From Eubacteriales bacterium (GTDB lineage: Bacteria > Bacillota > Clostridia > Oscillospirales > CAG-272): a stretch of DNA of 64,000 nt. Of this stretch, positions 1-9,450 are shown piece by piece (position 1 is the first letter of the stretch; every line of letters begins with the position of its first letter). The translations under genes and the position numbers were made by a program. The notes beneath the pieces were generated by a model. The model searched no databases. It saw nothing but the letters and a program-made list of their open reading frames with translations, and was not told the origin of the DNA. The stretch spans positions 5,236 to 69,235 of the forward strand of contig JAZSEA010000060.1 in NCBI GenBank assembly GCA_045531455.1, written 5' to 3'.

Positions 1-1
1 G

Positions 2-610
2 ACCGATGTACTTCTCGGTAATGCGAAGAAAACGAAAGAGGAATTATCGGAGGAGATAAAAAGTATCAACTCTGCATGGAGCGGTAATGAAGGAGATAAT
101 AAAAATTATGGCGAAAGATACGCAAAATTATATTGTTTGCTCAAATCGAATCCGGATTCGTTAGAGCTTTTGCGTTCGATTATTAATCTATCGATCAAAT
201 GGCTTTTGGAGTGCTCGGAAGAATTAAGCGATGCTAAAAAGAATGAGATTGTATGTAATGCAGAAAAAATTGCAGAAAAGCTCCGTAATAACCCGGAGGA
301 TATCTATTCATCGCATTGTTCGATGTATGAAGTGTATTTTCGTGCGGGAAATAAAGAAAAGGCGGAAGAGGAATTAATGTATTTTTCTGCTAGCGGACAA
401 TACACCCGTGACCGTGCAAGATATATGCATTTACTGATGGATGATAAATACGAGGATGCTTTGCCATATATCGAAAGCTCATTGCGATATACGTTGCATT
501 GGTTGTGTTGGGATATTGGTCGCTTAAAAAGTGTAGGGAAAAAACTAAATAATCCGGAAGCTGAAATGCGGATTTCTGCAATTAAGGAAGCATTATTATC
601 AGAAATATAA
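2..610 (+). CDS. hypothetical alpha-helical protein, 5'-partial
   Basis: The frame is open from base 2 to the TAA at 608-610. The track ORF 137..610 begins at an internal TTG. The region is visibly AT-rich compared with its neighbours, and I recognise no motif. Confidence 0.5.
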   Translation, partial: TDVLLGNAKKTKEELSEEIKSINSAWSGNEGDNKNYGERYAKLYCLLKSNPDSLELLRSIINLSIKWLLECSEELSDAKKNEIVCNAEKIAEKLRNNPEDIYSSHCSMYEVYFRAGNKEKAEEELMYFSASGQYTRDRARYMHLLMDDKYEDALPYIESSLRYTLHWLCWDIGRLKSVGKKLNNPEAEMRISAIKEALLSEI

Positions 611-623
611 CAATACATAATCA

Positions 624-646
624 AGGGAGCCGAAATTCGACTCCCT
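624..646 (+). terminator. candidate stem-loop terminator after the first CDS
   Basis: AGGGAG...CTCCCT stem followed by GTAATTTT. It lies 14 nt after the stop codon. Confidence 0.4.
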
Positions 647-650
647 GTAA

Positions 651-687
651 TTTTGCATTTTGCATTCTGCATTCTGCATTTTGTATT
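651..687. repeat. heptamer tract (YTGCATT)x5, a half copy of the heptamer-armed hairpin family
   Basis: Reads TTTTGCATTTTGCATTCTGCATTCTGCATTTTGTATT. It sits between convergent genes and abuts the iorB stop codon. Confidence 0.8.
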
Positions 688-1258
688 ATCCGTTATATCC
701 CGCCTCAAATGCCTTGAGATTCATCTCAACGAACTTCGGCGCGACGCTTGTCTTGATCGCGTCAAGCCAAAGTGCATCGTCGATTCCGAGGTGCCGCGCG
801 AGTCTGCCCATCAGAACGATGTTGACCGCCTTCTGCGATCCCGCCTCAAGCGCGGGCGTGAGCGCGTCGAATGCGTCGATATCAACTCCGCGAGCCGCGA
901 GAGTGTCGAGGATGTCGGTGGGATATTCTACCGCGCCCGAGGTTACGGGCATCGGCGAGATCTCCTGCGTGTTTGTGATAAGCTTGCCGCCGCTCTTGAG
1001 ACAATGCGCCCAACGAGCCGCTTCGAGCTTTTCAAAGGAAACGATGTAATCAGCCTCGCCGCTTTCAATTACGGGAGAATAGACCTTTTCTCCGTACTTT
1101 ACGTAGGTCGTAACGCTACCGCCGCGCTGACTCATTCCGTGAAGCTCGGAAACCTTGACGTCATATCCGAGACCGATAAGTATCTTTCCGAGGAGCTTGC
1201 TGGCAAGGAGCGTACCCTGACCGCCGACTCCGACTATCATAATATTCGTGCTCTTCAT
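686..1258 (-). CDS. iorB: indolepyruvate:ferredoxin oxidoreductase subunit beta
   Basis: 190 aa with N-terminal IMIVGVGGQGTLLASK, typical of the IorB/gamma-type subunit. Its start lies 1 nt after the iorA stop. Confidence 0.85.
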   Translation of the reverse strand: MKSTNIMIVGVGGQGTLLASKLLGKILIGLGYDVKVSELHGMSQRGGSVTTYVKYGEKVYSPVIESGEADYIVSFEKLEAARWAHCLKSGGKLITNTQEISPMPVTSGAVEYPTDILDTLAARGVDIDAFDALTPALEAGSQKAVNIVLMGRLARHLGIDDALWLDAIKTSVAPKFVEMNLKAFEAGYNG

Positions 1259-1259
1259 A

Positions 1260-2990
1260 TCAGTTACCCTCCTTTATAGCGTCAAATGCGCAAAGCTGTG
1301 CGCAAACGCCGCATCCGGTGCAAAGTGTTGCGTCGATGGTAGCCTTTCCGTCCTTGAAGGAGAGAGAAGGACATCCGAGACCCATACAGCGGCGGCAGGA
1401 ACGGCATTTGTTGCTCTCAACGTGCATGGGAGGAGGTGTCTTGACCGACTTGAGAAGCACGCAGGGGCGGCGCGAGATAATTACCGAAGGCTCGTCCGCC
1501 GCAAGCTCCTCCGTGAGAGCTACCTTGCACTCATTAAGATTATAAGGATCAACAACGCGGACACGATTGATTCCGAGCGCGTGGCAAAGTGCCTCAAGAT
1601 TGATCTTAGCCGCAGGCTCACCGCGGAGATTGAATCCCGTCGTGGGATTCTGCTGATGACCCGTCATACCCGTGATCGAGTTGTCGAGGATCAGAACGGT
1701 GGAATTCGTTCCGTTGTAAGCAATGTTGCAAAGTCCCGTCATACCCGAATGCATAAAGGTAGAATCACCGATAACGGCAACCGTCTTTTTTTCCGCACCC
1801 GGAGTGGACTTGACAAAGCCGTGAAGTCCCGAAACAGACGCGCCCATACAGAGAACCGAATCAAGCGCGTCGAGAGGCTTCTGCGCGCCGAGAGTGTAGC
1901 ATCCGATGTCGCCGAGAACGTTCAGCTTCATCTTTGAGATAACGTAGAAGAGACCTCTGTGCGGACATCCGGAGCACATAACGGGAGGACGCGCGGGCAG
2001 AGCCTCGGGGGCGTGAGCCTCGGGCAGAGCCTTGCCGAAAGCCTTCGCAACCGTCTGCTGTGAATATTCGCCGATGGGAGAGAAGAGATTGCGTCCCTCG
2101 ACTGCGATGCCGAGCGACTTACAATGCTTCTCGATGATCGCGTCAAGCTCCTCAACAACAACGACTCTCTTGACCGAAGCCGCGAAATTCTTCAGAAGCT
2201 TGTCGGGAAGAGGATTGTGCATTCCGATCTTGAGAACCTTCGCCTCGTTATCGCCGAAGGTCTCCTTGACGTACTGATAACAGATGCCTGAGGTGATGAT
2301 ACCGAGCTCGGAAGAATTTCCGCTTATCTCGTTGATCCCCGAATTGTCTGCGTAATCGGTCAGCTTCAGCGTTCTTTCTTCAACGACGGGATGCTTCAGC
2401 TTGGCGTAACCGGGCATCATAACGTACTTAGCGGGCTTCTTTTCATAAGGAACGACCTTGACCTCGCGGCAGTCCTCCTCTGTGACAAGGCTCTGCGAGT
2501 GTGCCGCTCTCGTGCAGATGCGGAAGAGAACGGGAGTGTCGTACTTTTCGGAAACCTCAAAGGCGGTATGTACCATTCTGCGAGCCTCGTCGGAATCAGA
2601 GGGCTCAAACATCGGTATCTTCGATGCGATCGCGTAGTTGCGCGAATCCTGCTCGTTCTGCGAGGAATGCATAGCGGGGTCGTCTGCAACGAAGATGATG
2701 AGTCCGCCGTTTACGCCCGTGTAGGAGAGCGTGAAGAGCGGATCTGCGGCTACGTTGAGACCGACGTGCTTCATGGCGCAAGCGGCTCTGTGACCAGCAA
2801 GAGACGCGCCGAATGCGGTCTCAAGGGCAACTTTTTCGTTGGGTGCCCATTCGCAATCTATTTCCGCATATTTTGCGGCAAATTCGGTGATTTCTGTTGA
2901 AGGTGTTCCGGGATAGGAGGAAACAAGCTCGCAACCCGCCTCGTAAAGACCGCGGGCGATCGCCTCGTTTCCGAGCATTAATCTTTTCAT
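1260..2990 (-). CDS. iorA: indolepyruvate:ferredoxin oxidoreductase subunit alpha
   Basis: Contains the TPP motif GDSTFMHSG and C-terminal CRSCRRCMGLGCP / CTGCGVCAQLC ferredoxin-type cysteines. The start is set at MKRLMLGNEAIARG (ATG at 2990, GGAAAGG RBS). The 39-aa extension in the track ORF has no RBS. Confidence 0.9.
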   Translation of the reverse strand: MKRLMLGNEAIARGLYEAGCELVSSYPGTPSTEITEFAAKYAEIDCEWAPNEKVALETAFGASLAGHRAACAMKHVGLNVAADPLFTLSYTGVNGGLIIFVADDPAMHSSQNEQDSRNYAIASKIPMFEPSDSDEARRMVHTAFEVSEKYDTPVLFRICTRAAHSQSLVTEEDCREVKVVPYEKKPAKYVMMPGYAKLKHPVVEERTLKLTDYADNSGINEISGNSSELGIITSGICYQYVKETFGDNEAKVLKIGMHNPLPDKLLKNFAASVKRVVVVEELDAIIEKHCKSLGIAVEGRNLFSPIGEYSQQTVAKAFGKALPEAHAPEALPARPPVMCSGCPHRGLFYVISKMKLNVLGDIGCYTLGAQKPLDALDSVLCMGASVSGLHGFVKSTPGAEKKTVAVIGDSTFMHSGMTGLCNIAYNGTNSTVLILDNSITGMTGHQQNPTTGFNLRGEPAAKINLEALCHALGINRVRVVDPYNLNECKVALTEELAADEPSVIISRRPCVLLKSVKTPPPMHVESNKCRSCRRCMGLGCPSLSFKDGKATIDATLCTGCGVCAQLCAFDAIKEGN

Positions 2991-3041
2991 AAATCTGCCT
3001 TTCCGCGCCCCTTTTGCGGGCGCATAGTTCGTATGAAATAT

Positions 3042-3070
3042 ATTATACCATATATTATGGTTGATTGCAA
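3042..3070 (-). promoter_or_regulatory. sigma-70-type promoter for iorAB
   Basis: On the minus strand: TTGCAA, 17 nt, TGGTATAAT (extended -10). Confidence 0.55.
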
Positions 3071-3245
3071 TTGATTTCGACAAAATTTGTGAAGAAAAAT
3101 TATTCATTAACTAACAAATTAGTTTCAAATTTATCATAAATTTTCCTTCCCGATTTGATATAATATAACATGGTGGAAAATGATACTTTATCGTTGTTTT
3201 ACCTGCATTTTCTGACATTTACATCTCACCCTGAAAGGACACGAA

Positions 3246-3974
3246 ATGTTAAAGGAATTTCTTGAGGGCGGAGGCCTTTTCGGTGTTATCTGCGAGTCGC
3301 TTTCGCTGACCGCGGAGAATATCGGATATTGGCTTTTTATGCTGCTCTCCGTTATACTTTGTGTGGCTGCCGGATATCTTTTGGGCAGCGTAAATGCCGC
3401 AATTATCATTTCAACAAAAAAATACAAGAGCGACATCCGAACCCACGGAAGCGGAAACGCGGGAATGACGAATATGTTCCGTACCTTCGGAAAGACGGGC
3501 GGACTACTCACTCTCTTCGGGGATCTTGGAAAGACCCTTCTGCCCATCCTCCTCGGATATCTCTTCTTCAGCTATCCGGGTTCGTATATTGCGGGACTCT
3601 TTGTGGTCCTCGGTCATTGCTTCCCGATCTATTATAAGTTCAAGGGCGGCAAGGGCGTGCTCGCAATGTTTGTAATGATGCTCGCCTGCGATCCACCCGT
3701 ATTCCTTATGATGATCCTCGTCTTTGCCATCGTAGTTATCGGAACGAGATTCGTTTCCATGTCGTCGGTAATGGCGGCGTTCTTTATGCCTATCTTTATC
3801 AATTCCTGGTATGCGATAATGTACGGTGACGGAGCCGTTTCGGGAATCAGAATGCCCATCGCGTTTCTGATCACGCTGACCGTAGTTGTGATGCACATCC
3901 CGAACCTCAAGCGCATCCTGAACAGAGAAGAGCCCAAGATCAAAATGCCCTGGGAGAAGAAAAAGAAGCAATGA
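3246..3974 (+). CDS. plsY: glycerol-3-phosphate acyltransferase PlsY
   Basis: Polytopic membrane protein with the GSGNAGMTN motif. An AAAGGA RBS precedes the ATG. Confidence 0.85.
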   Translation: MLKEFLEGGGLFGVICESLSLTAENIGYWLFMLLSVILCVAAGYLLGSVNAAIIISTKKYKSDIRTHGSGNAGMTNMFRTFGKTGGLLTLFGDLGKTLLPILLGYLFFSYPGSYIAGLFVVLGHCFPIYYKFKGGKGVLAMFVMMLACDPPVFLMMILVFAIVVIGTRFVSMSSVMAAFFMPIFINSWYAIMYGDGAVSGIRMPIAFLITLTVVVMHIPNLKRILNREEPKIKMPWEKKKKQ

Positions 3975-5161
3975 CGGAAATCAGAAGATCAACGCTTAAG
4001 CTCATAGCTGAGGCATTTGAAGCGGGAGTGCTTAAAAAGACTGTCTTCTCTAAGCCCGCGTCCTCGGAAGAGCTGAAGACCGAGCTTACCCCTATGCTCC
4101 TCGGCAAGGAAAAGGTCCTCCGCCGCATCTCGTATATGCGTGACGGCAAGGCGATCCAAAAGAATATCACCGTAGCTGACGAAGCACTCGCAGAGCTCGT
4201 TTTGTCGCACGGACAGATCAATATTCTGACCACACTCGGAGATGCCGAGCTCAGAAGCTCGAAGTCGGGCAAGGAAAATCTTTCGGGTGACCGCAAGATT
4301 AGAAATGCCCTCAAAGCAGGCATCTCCGATGATAAAAAGGCGGACGTTCAGTCGAACGACCGAAAGAAGAATCATATCCTTTCGGGCAATGAAAAATTCC
4401 TCACCGAGCTCGGAATTTCCGACCGTTCGGGAAGAATTCACGACAAAATGCAGCATAAATACCGCCAGATCTGCCGCTTCCTCGAGTACGTCGAGGATAT
4501 ATATCAGAATCTTCCCCGCGATGGTAAGCTTCTGATATACGATCTCTGCTGCGGTAAAAGCTATCTCTCCTTTGCGATCTATCATTATTTTACCGTGATC
4601 AAGCAGAGAGAGGTTGAGATGACGGGCGTCGATCTCAAGCGCGACGTAATCGAGTATTGCTCGGGCGTTGCCGAAAGACTCGGATACAGCTCGCTTTCCT
4701 TCGTCTGCGGAGACATCAATGAATTCGCACCGAATACAGAGCCGCATCTTGTCGTATCGCTCCACGCCTGCGATATCGCAACGGATATCGTTCTCCGCTA
4801 TGCGGCATCACACCGCGCGGGAGTCATCCTTTCGACCCCCTGCTGTCAGCGCGAGCTTTCGGCAAAGATCGATTGCGATTCGCTCGGATTCGTGTCGAAA
4901 TATCCCATCCTGCGCCGCAAGATGTGCGATGCGCTTACAGACTCGCTTCGTCTGTCCTACCTTGCAAGCCGCGGCTATAACGTCGAGGCGTGCGAGCTCG
5001 TCGATCCCGACGATACACCGAAAAACATCCTGCTTCGCGCCGTCAGAAGGAAGAATTTCGATCCCGAATCTGCGGCGGCGAAGAAACTCGATGAAGAATT
5101 CAAAGCAACTGCGGCGTTTCTGCTCGGAAACAGCGGAAACTCGCTCGAGCTTTTAAAATAA
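3971..5161 (+). CDS. class I SAM-dependent methyltransferase (Methyltransf_32-like)
   Basis: Motifs LIYDLCCGKSYLS and SLHACDIATD. The start overlaps the plsY stop (ATGA). Confidence 0.6.
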   Translation: MTEIRRSTLKLIAEAFEAGVLKKTVFSKPASSEELKTELTPMLLGKEKVLRRISYMRDGKAIQKNITVADEALAELVLSHGQINILTTLGDAELRSSKSGKENLSGDRKIRNALKAGISDDKKADVQSNDRKKNHILSGNEKFLTELGISDRSGRIHDKMQHKYRQICRFLEYVEDIYQNLPRDGKLLIYDLCCGKSYLSFAIYHYFTVIKQREVEMTGVDLKRDVIEYCSGVAERLGYSSLSFVCGDINEFAPNTEPHLVVSLHACDIATDIVLRYAASHRAGVILSTPCCQRELSAKIDCDSLGFVSKYPILRRKMCDALTDSLRLSYLASRGYNVEACELVDPDDTPKNILLRAVRRKNFDPESAAAKKLDEEFKATAAFLLGNSGNSLELLK

Positions 5162-5237
5162 TCTAAGCAAACCATACCGATCAATCGGGAACCCACTATC
5201 CGCAAAAGGCGGACCACGCAACTACCTCGGAGGAACC

Positions 5238-6524
5238 ATGAAGATCCATACCGTCAGAAAGTATCTGACACAGCTTCCCAAAGAACCCGTAAAAAACCTT
5301 TCAGCACATTATAAAACTCTCAGCGACGCCGTCTGCAAGAACCTCGGTGTAAGACCGATCAACGGTATCACACTTGCCATTGTCGGACAGGATGCAGAAT
5401 ATACCGCATCAGTTGTCAGCGCGGCGATGAAGCATGCGTCGATCAGCAGTGCAACCGTCAATTTTGACGTAAACTGCTCGCCCGAGACTGCTGTTACCAT
5501 CAACGGCGATCAGCTCCCCGCTGAAGTTATTTCCAGAATCATCACCGTCATTCGTACAGTCGAGAGATCGCTTGCAACAAAGCTCGGTGACGAATTCCCT
5601 CACCCCTCGATTTATGAGGTCTTCCTCCTCGGAGCGCTTTGCGCCTGCTCGGAGATGGGTGTCTCGCATATCATTATGCAGCTGAATATGACGTCTCTGC
5701 CCACATCCGTAGCTTCAATTATTCCTCAGCCCAAAATGATAAACTGTAACGAGATCTTCCCGAACGAGGCGGATTTCGTCAAACTGATCGCACGCAAGAG
5801 CGTTGATGAGATCATCAGCGCGCCTCAGCAGAAGGATAGCCGCCGCGCCCTCTATAATCTCTGCAACGAGCTCAACTGCAACCACGCAGTAGTCGCTCGC
5901 GGTGAGATCGAGGTCGGAACTCCCACCTTCAGAGGCATTCCCTTTACCTACCGCGGCTTCAATGCCGTAGCGGGAACACAGCTTCAGTCACTTGTCTCGC
6001 TTTCAGCAACCGCACTCCTCGTCATCCGCGAGCTTGTCAAGCTCAGGATCAAGCTTACCGATGAGGACGCATACGCCGCTATCAATTACCGCAAGCTTCC
6101 CGGCAGAGGAGAGATCATCTCCGTCCGCCCCTATACCCTTTGCTGTGCCTTTGAGCACGCGGATATTCAGTCGCTCGAGCTCGTTTTGGCGGATATGAAG
6201 ACATTGGTCTCCGAGCGCGGAAGAAAGATCAACTGCATTTTCGAGGGCTCAAGCAGCGAGTCCTGCAATATCGCGGAGCATATGCTCTCCGATCCCGAGA
6301 TTTCCGAAAAGACGGACAAGATCGTTACCGTCGGAGCGACCGAGACCGAAAACGAGAGGATCGAAAACGTCGCAAGCTTCTCGGCTGCACTCGGTAAATT
6401 CCCCTATCTCAAGGACGTAAAGCATCCCGAGGATGCGGTCCTTATAGTATGCGGATCCCGCGCATTCCTTAAAAAGAATCAGGAAGAGCTCGAGGACGCT
6501 GTCAGAGACGATTTTACATACTGA
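5238..6524 (+). CDS. FolC/Mur-ligase-like protein with degenerate catalytic motifs
   Basis: 428 aa, co-linear with FolC as I remember it. The P-loop GTNGKGS is replaced by GQDAEYT, ETGLGG by QLNMTS, and DGAHN by CCAFEH. GGAGG RBS. Confidence 0.5.
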   Translation: MKIHTVRKYLTQLPKEPVKNLSAHYKTLSDAVCKNLGVRPINGITLAIVGQDAEYTASVVSAAMKHASISSATVNFDVNCSPETAVTINGDQLPAEVISRIITVIRTVERSLATKLGDEFPHPSIYEVFLLGALCACSEMGVSHIIMQLNMTSLPTSVASIIPQPKMINCNEIFPNEADFVKLIARKSVDEIISAPQQKDSRRALYNLCNELNCNHAVVARGEIEVGTPTFRGIPFTYRGFNAVAGTQLQSLVSLSATALLVIRELVKLRIKLTDEDAYAAINYRKLPGRGEIISVRPYTLCCAFEHADIQSLELVLADMKTLVSERGRKINCIFEGSSSESCNIAEHMLSDPEISEKTDKIVTVGATETENERIENVASFSAALGKFPYLKDVKHPEDAVLIVCGSRAFLKKNQEELEDAVRDDFTY

Positions 6525-6529
6525 TAAAA

Positions 6530-6558
6530 AATCACCGATCCAATACGGATCGGTGATT
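6530..6558. terminator. bidirectional stem-loop terminator
   Basis: 12-bp perfect stem AATCACCGATCC/GGATCGGTGATT flanked by an A-run and a T-rich tract, between convergent genes. Confidence 0.7.
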
Positions 6559-6572
6559 CTTTATGTTAATGA

Positions 6573-7859
6573 TTAGTTTTCGCGCTTCTTGGAGATAACA
6601 GCGGTGCCTGCGATAGCAACAACTGCGAGAGCAGCAGCTGCGAAGAATACGCCGTTGTCACCGGTGTCGGAAGAAGACTCGGGAGCAGTAGTATCAACGG
6701 GAGCTGCGGTGGTCTCGGGAGCAGCCTCGGGAGCGGTCCAGCAGAGGTTCCAGATGCCAAGGCGGTCCTTGTTCTTGTCGGTACCTGCAGCGGTGTTGGT
6801 AAGGCCGTTGTTAACGATCTCAAGAATAACGTCCTCGTTGGCGTTGATGTCAAGAACTACGTCGTAAACGGTTTCCTTGGTAAGACCGGTCTTCTCAAGC
6901 TTCTCGGACTTGATAACGGTGCCGTCAGCCTTCTTAACGGTGATGGTAAGGGAGAACTGATCGTCGCCGAATGCGAAGCCGTAGTTGAATGCGAGCTGGC
7001 CGATACCGCCCTTGATAACGGAGGAGGTAAGAGTGCCGGGAACGGAGGTCTTGCCGTTGAGGGTGATCATGGGAGCATTGCCGGTGTAAGCGGCAGCGTC
7101 GGAACGAGCGCCGGTAACCTTCCAACCGTCAGCGTTGGTACGGGAGATGTAAGAGGTATCCTTGCCGCCCTCTTCGTCAGCTACGAAGGAGGAGAGGTCA
7201 GCGAGGGTTGCGTTCTCAAGGAGAGGAGCAGCGGGAACTACGGGAGCTTCGGTGGTCTCGGGAGCAGCAGTAGTCTCGGGAGCAGCGGTAGTGTCGGGAA
7301 CTACGGGAGTAGAACCAACCTCGGTGAATACTGCGGGGAACTGGGAGATCCATACGTTAGCAGCATTGTCGCCTGTGATGTACTTGATATCCGAGCAGGA
7401 GAAGGTTGTAAAGGTGTTGTAGGTGCCGAGATAACGGTCAGCGCCTGCGCAGTTTACAACGTAGGTGGTAGCGTCAGCGTTGTAGGTGAAAACGCCTGCG
7501 GGAGCATCGGTGATGCGAACGCCTGCCTTGCCTGCGGTGTACTCGTGAATGTCGATGTAGAGCTTAGCGCCGTCCTTCTCGAAGAAGAAGCGGATGCCGC
7601 CGTCAACTGCCTCTACGGTAAGAGCGACTGCCTTGGAAGCGTCGGTGTTGCCGTTGAAGAAATTGCCGTTCATGGTGCCGTCAAAGTAGAGAACTGCGTT
7701 GTCTGCCTTTGCCTGAGTAAGGGACATGGTGTAGCTCTTGCCTGCCTCAAGCTGACCGTTGATAGCGGGGGAGGGAGAAGCAGCGCTTACGGAGATGGTT
7801 CCGATCGCCATGGTGAAGATCATGATCATAGCGATAAGAAGGGATGCGAACTTTTTCAT
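6573..7859 (-). CDS. secreted cell-surface protein with C-terminal anchor
   Basis: Starts at MKKFASLLIAMIMIFTMAIGTISVSA (signal peptide). Has PETTAAPETTAAPETTEAP linkers. The C-terminus is SSDTG, then a hydrophobic segment, then KKREN. Confidence 0.6.
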   Translation of the reverse strand: MKKFASLLIAMIMIFTMAIGTISVSAASPSPAINGQLEAGKSYTMSLTQAKADNAVLYFDGTMNGNFFNGNTDASKAVALTVEAVDGGIRFFFEKDGAKLYIDIHEYTAGKAGVRITDAPAGVFTYNADATTYVVNCAGADRYLGTYNTFTTFSCSDIKYITGDNAANVWISQFPAVFTEVGSTPVVPDTTAAPETTAAPETTEAPVVPAAPLLENATLADLSSFVADEEGGKDTSYISRTNADGWKVTGARSDAAAYTGNAPMITLNGKTSVPGTLTSSVIKGGIGQLAFNYGFAFGDDQFSLTITVKKADGTVIKSEKLEKTGLTKETVYDVVLDINANEDVILEIVNNGLTNTAAGTDKNKDRLGIWNLCWTAPEAAPETTAAPVDTTAPESSSDTGDNGVFFAAAALAVVAIAGTAVISKKREN

Positions 7860-8056
7860 TTTGAAGTCCTTTCTTTTGTGAGTTTTTGTTTGGGATGATA
7901 TATTTGAATCATCCAAATCATATACATTATATCACTTTTTCGACACTATTGTCAATATATTTCTCAATATTTCTTAATAATAATAGGTAAAAACTTGACG
8001 GAGACAGCACATTTGTGCTATAATAATTGAAAAATAAACTGCAAGGCGGTGCTATT

Positions 8057-8527
8057 ATGTTTATAAGAAAAGCCGAAATCGGAGACAGCGCAAGGATCGG
8101 AGAACTGCTCGGGCAGGTTCTCGACGTGCACCATAGGGCACGACCCGATCTTTTCCGCGGCGGCGTAAAGAAATATACCGATGATGAGCTTGCGGCGATC
8201 CTATGCGACGAAAACCGTCCGATCTTCGTTGCAGAGGATGCGGACGGTTTAGTCGTGGGATATGCATTTTGTATCTTCGTTTGTCACATAAATGATAACA
8301 TTCTGACGGATATCAAAACTCTTTATATCGACGACCTTTGCGTTGACGAAAACTTCCGTGGCAAGGGGATCGGTAAGTCGCTTTATAATTACGTTGTTGA
8401 TTATGCAAGAAGAGAGAATTGCTACAACGTGACCCTGAACGTCTGGGCGGACAACACCTCCGCTCTCGGATTCTATGAATCGATCGGACTGCATAAGCAG
8501 AAGATCGGAATGGAGCTGATCCTCTGA
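8057..8527 (+). CDS. GNAT family N-acetyltransferase
   Basis: Acetyl-CoA binding motif RGKGIGKSL. ATG at 8057 with an AGGCGG RBS. The track start at 8027 is a TTG. Confidence 0.8.
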   Translation: MFIRKAEIGDSARIGELLGQVLDVHHRARPDLFRGGVKKYTDDELAAILCDENRPIFVAEDADGLVVGYAFCIFVCHINDNILTDIKTLYIDDLCVDENFRGKGIGKSLYNYVVDYARRENCYNVTLNVWADNTSALGFYESIGLHKQKIGMELIL

Positions 8528-8529
8528 TA

Positions 8530-9375
8530 TCAGAAGCGTCCGGGCACCTCGATCTCGCTGAGATCAAGCCTTTCGCGCAGGGTCTTCTTCCATTCGGTTG
8601 CGCGAAGAACACCGCTCGGGTCCTCTGATTGTGCACTGATGACGACGGTCAGACGCGATATCTTGTCGCCGTCATCCTCGGACTCGGGAATAAGCTTCGA
8701 GTACGCCGTGATGCCGTCAAGCTCAAGCAAAGCCGAGTATTCGGGGATGTCGCTTGCCGACGTAACGTCATCCGAGAGTATTCTCGCGGAAAAAGCAAGG
8801 CAGGGAAGCCCCTCGGGGAAGATCAGCTTGAAATTGAATCCTCGGAGAGCGGAAAGCCGTCTGAATAAAAGACATACGGTCGGAAGTGCGGCGGCAAGAT
8901 ACGGCGAGCTCTTCGAGTATCTGCTTCTCGGGAAAAAGCGAGTTTCATCGGGAGCATTTACGTCGGTCAGACAACCGCAGTAATCCGCGATCCCGCGTAT
9001 CAGGCTGTCGACCGATGAAGCATCCTCCGATCTGAGTCCGCCCGAAAGATCGAGCGAGGCAATCGAAGAAAAGTATGATCTTGCCGAAGCCTCTGCATCG
9101 TTTCCGGTGTTTCCCTCGTGAAGCGAAATCACCGCGTAAGGCGCATCTGGAGCGTTTACCGAGCAGTATAAGTGAGTGTCTGCCTTAGAAATGCTGAAAA
9201 GATCACTTTCGTAAATGATCTCTCCGTCGCCCCTCTTTGCGGGCAGAGATGCGTCAAGCGGAGCTCTCGAAGCAAACGGCAAGTCGCCGTCCGCGCGGAA
9301 GAGAAAAAGATCGTCCTTGAATTGTCTTGCCGAAACGTCAACTTTTTCGGCTCTTCTGATCAGTAAATTGTTCAT
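8530..9375 (-). CDS. hypothetical protein
   Basis: 281-aa ORF with codon usage like its neighbours. No motif recognised. Confidence 0.45.
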   Translation of the reverse strand: MNNLLIRRAEKVDVSARQFKDDLFLFRADGDLPFASRAPLDASLPAKRGDGEIIYESDLFSISKADTHLYCSVNAPDAPYAVISLHEGNTGNDAEASARSYFSSIASLDLSGGLRSEDASSVDSLIRGIADYCGCLTDVNAPDETRFFPRSRYSKSSPYLAAALPTVCLLFRRLSALRGFNFKLIFPEGLPCLAFSARILSDDVTSASDIPEYSALLELDGITAYSKLIPESEDDGDKISRLTVVISAQSEDPSGVLRATEWKKTLRERLDLSEIEVPGRF

Positions 9376-9450
9376 ATCTTAATTCCTTAAGTTTGCTGAC
9401 TAATATTGTATCACAAATGATCTGGCCGGTCAAGTTTTTCCCGAAAAAAC

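Noticed and set aside
1260-3107. N-terminally extended versions of several track ORFs: iorA 615 aa, gdhA 543 aa, TIM barrels 333 and 320 aa, carboxypeptidase 340 aa, pnuC 239 aa
   Set aside because: The extensions lack an RBS, run across promoters or neighbouring genes, and precede an internal Met with a good SD where the family-typical N-terminus begins.
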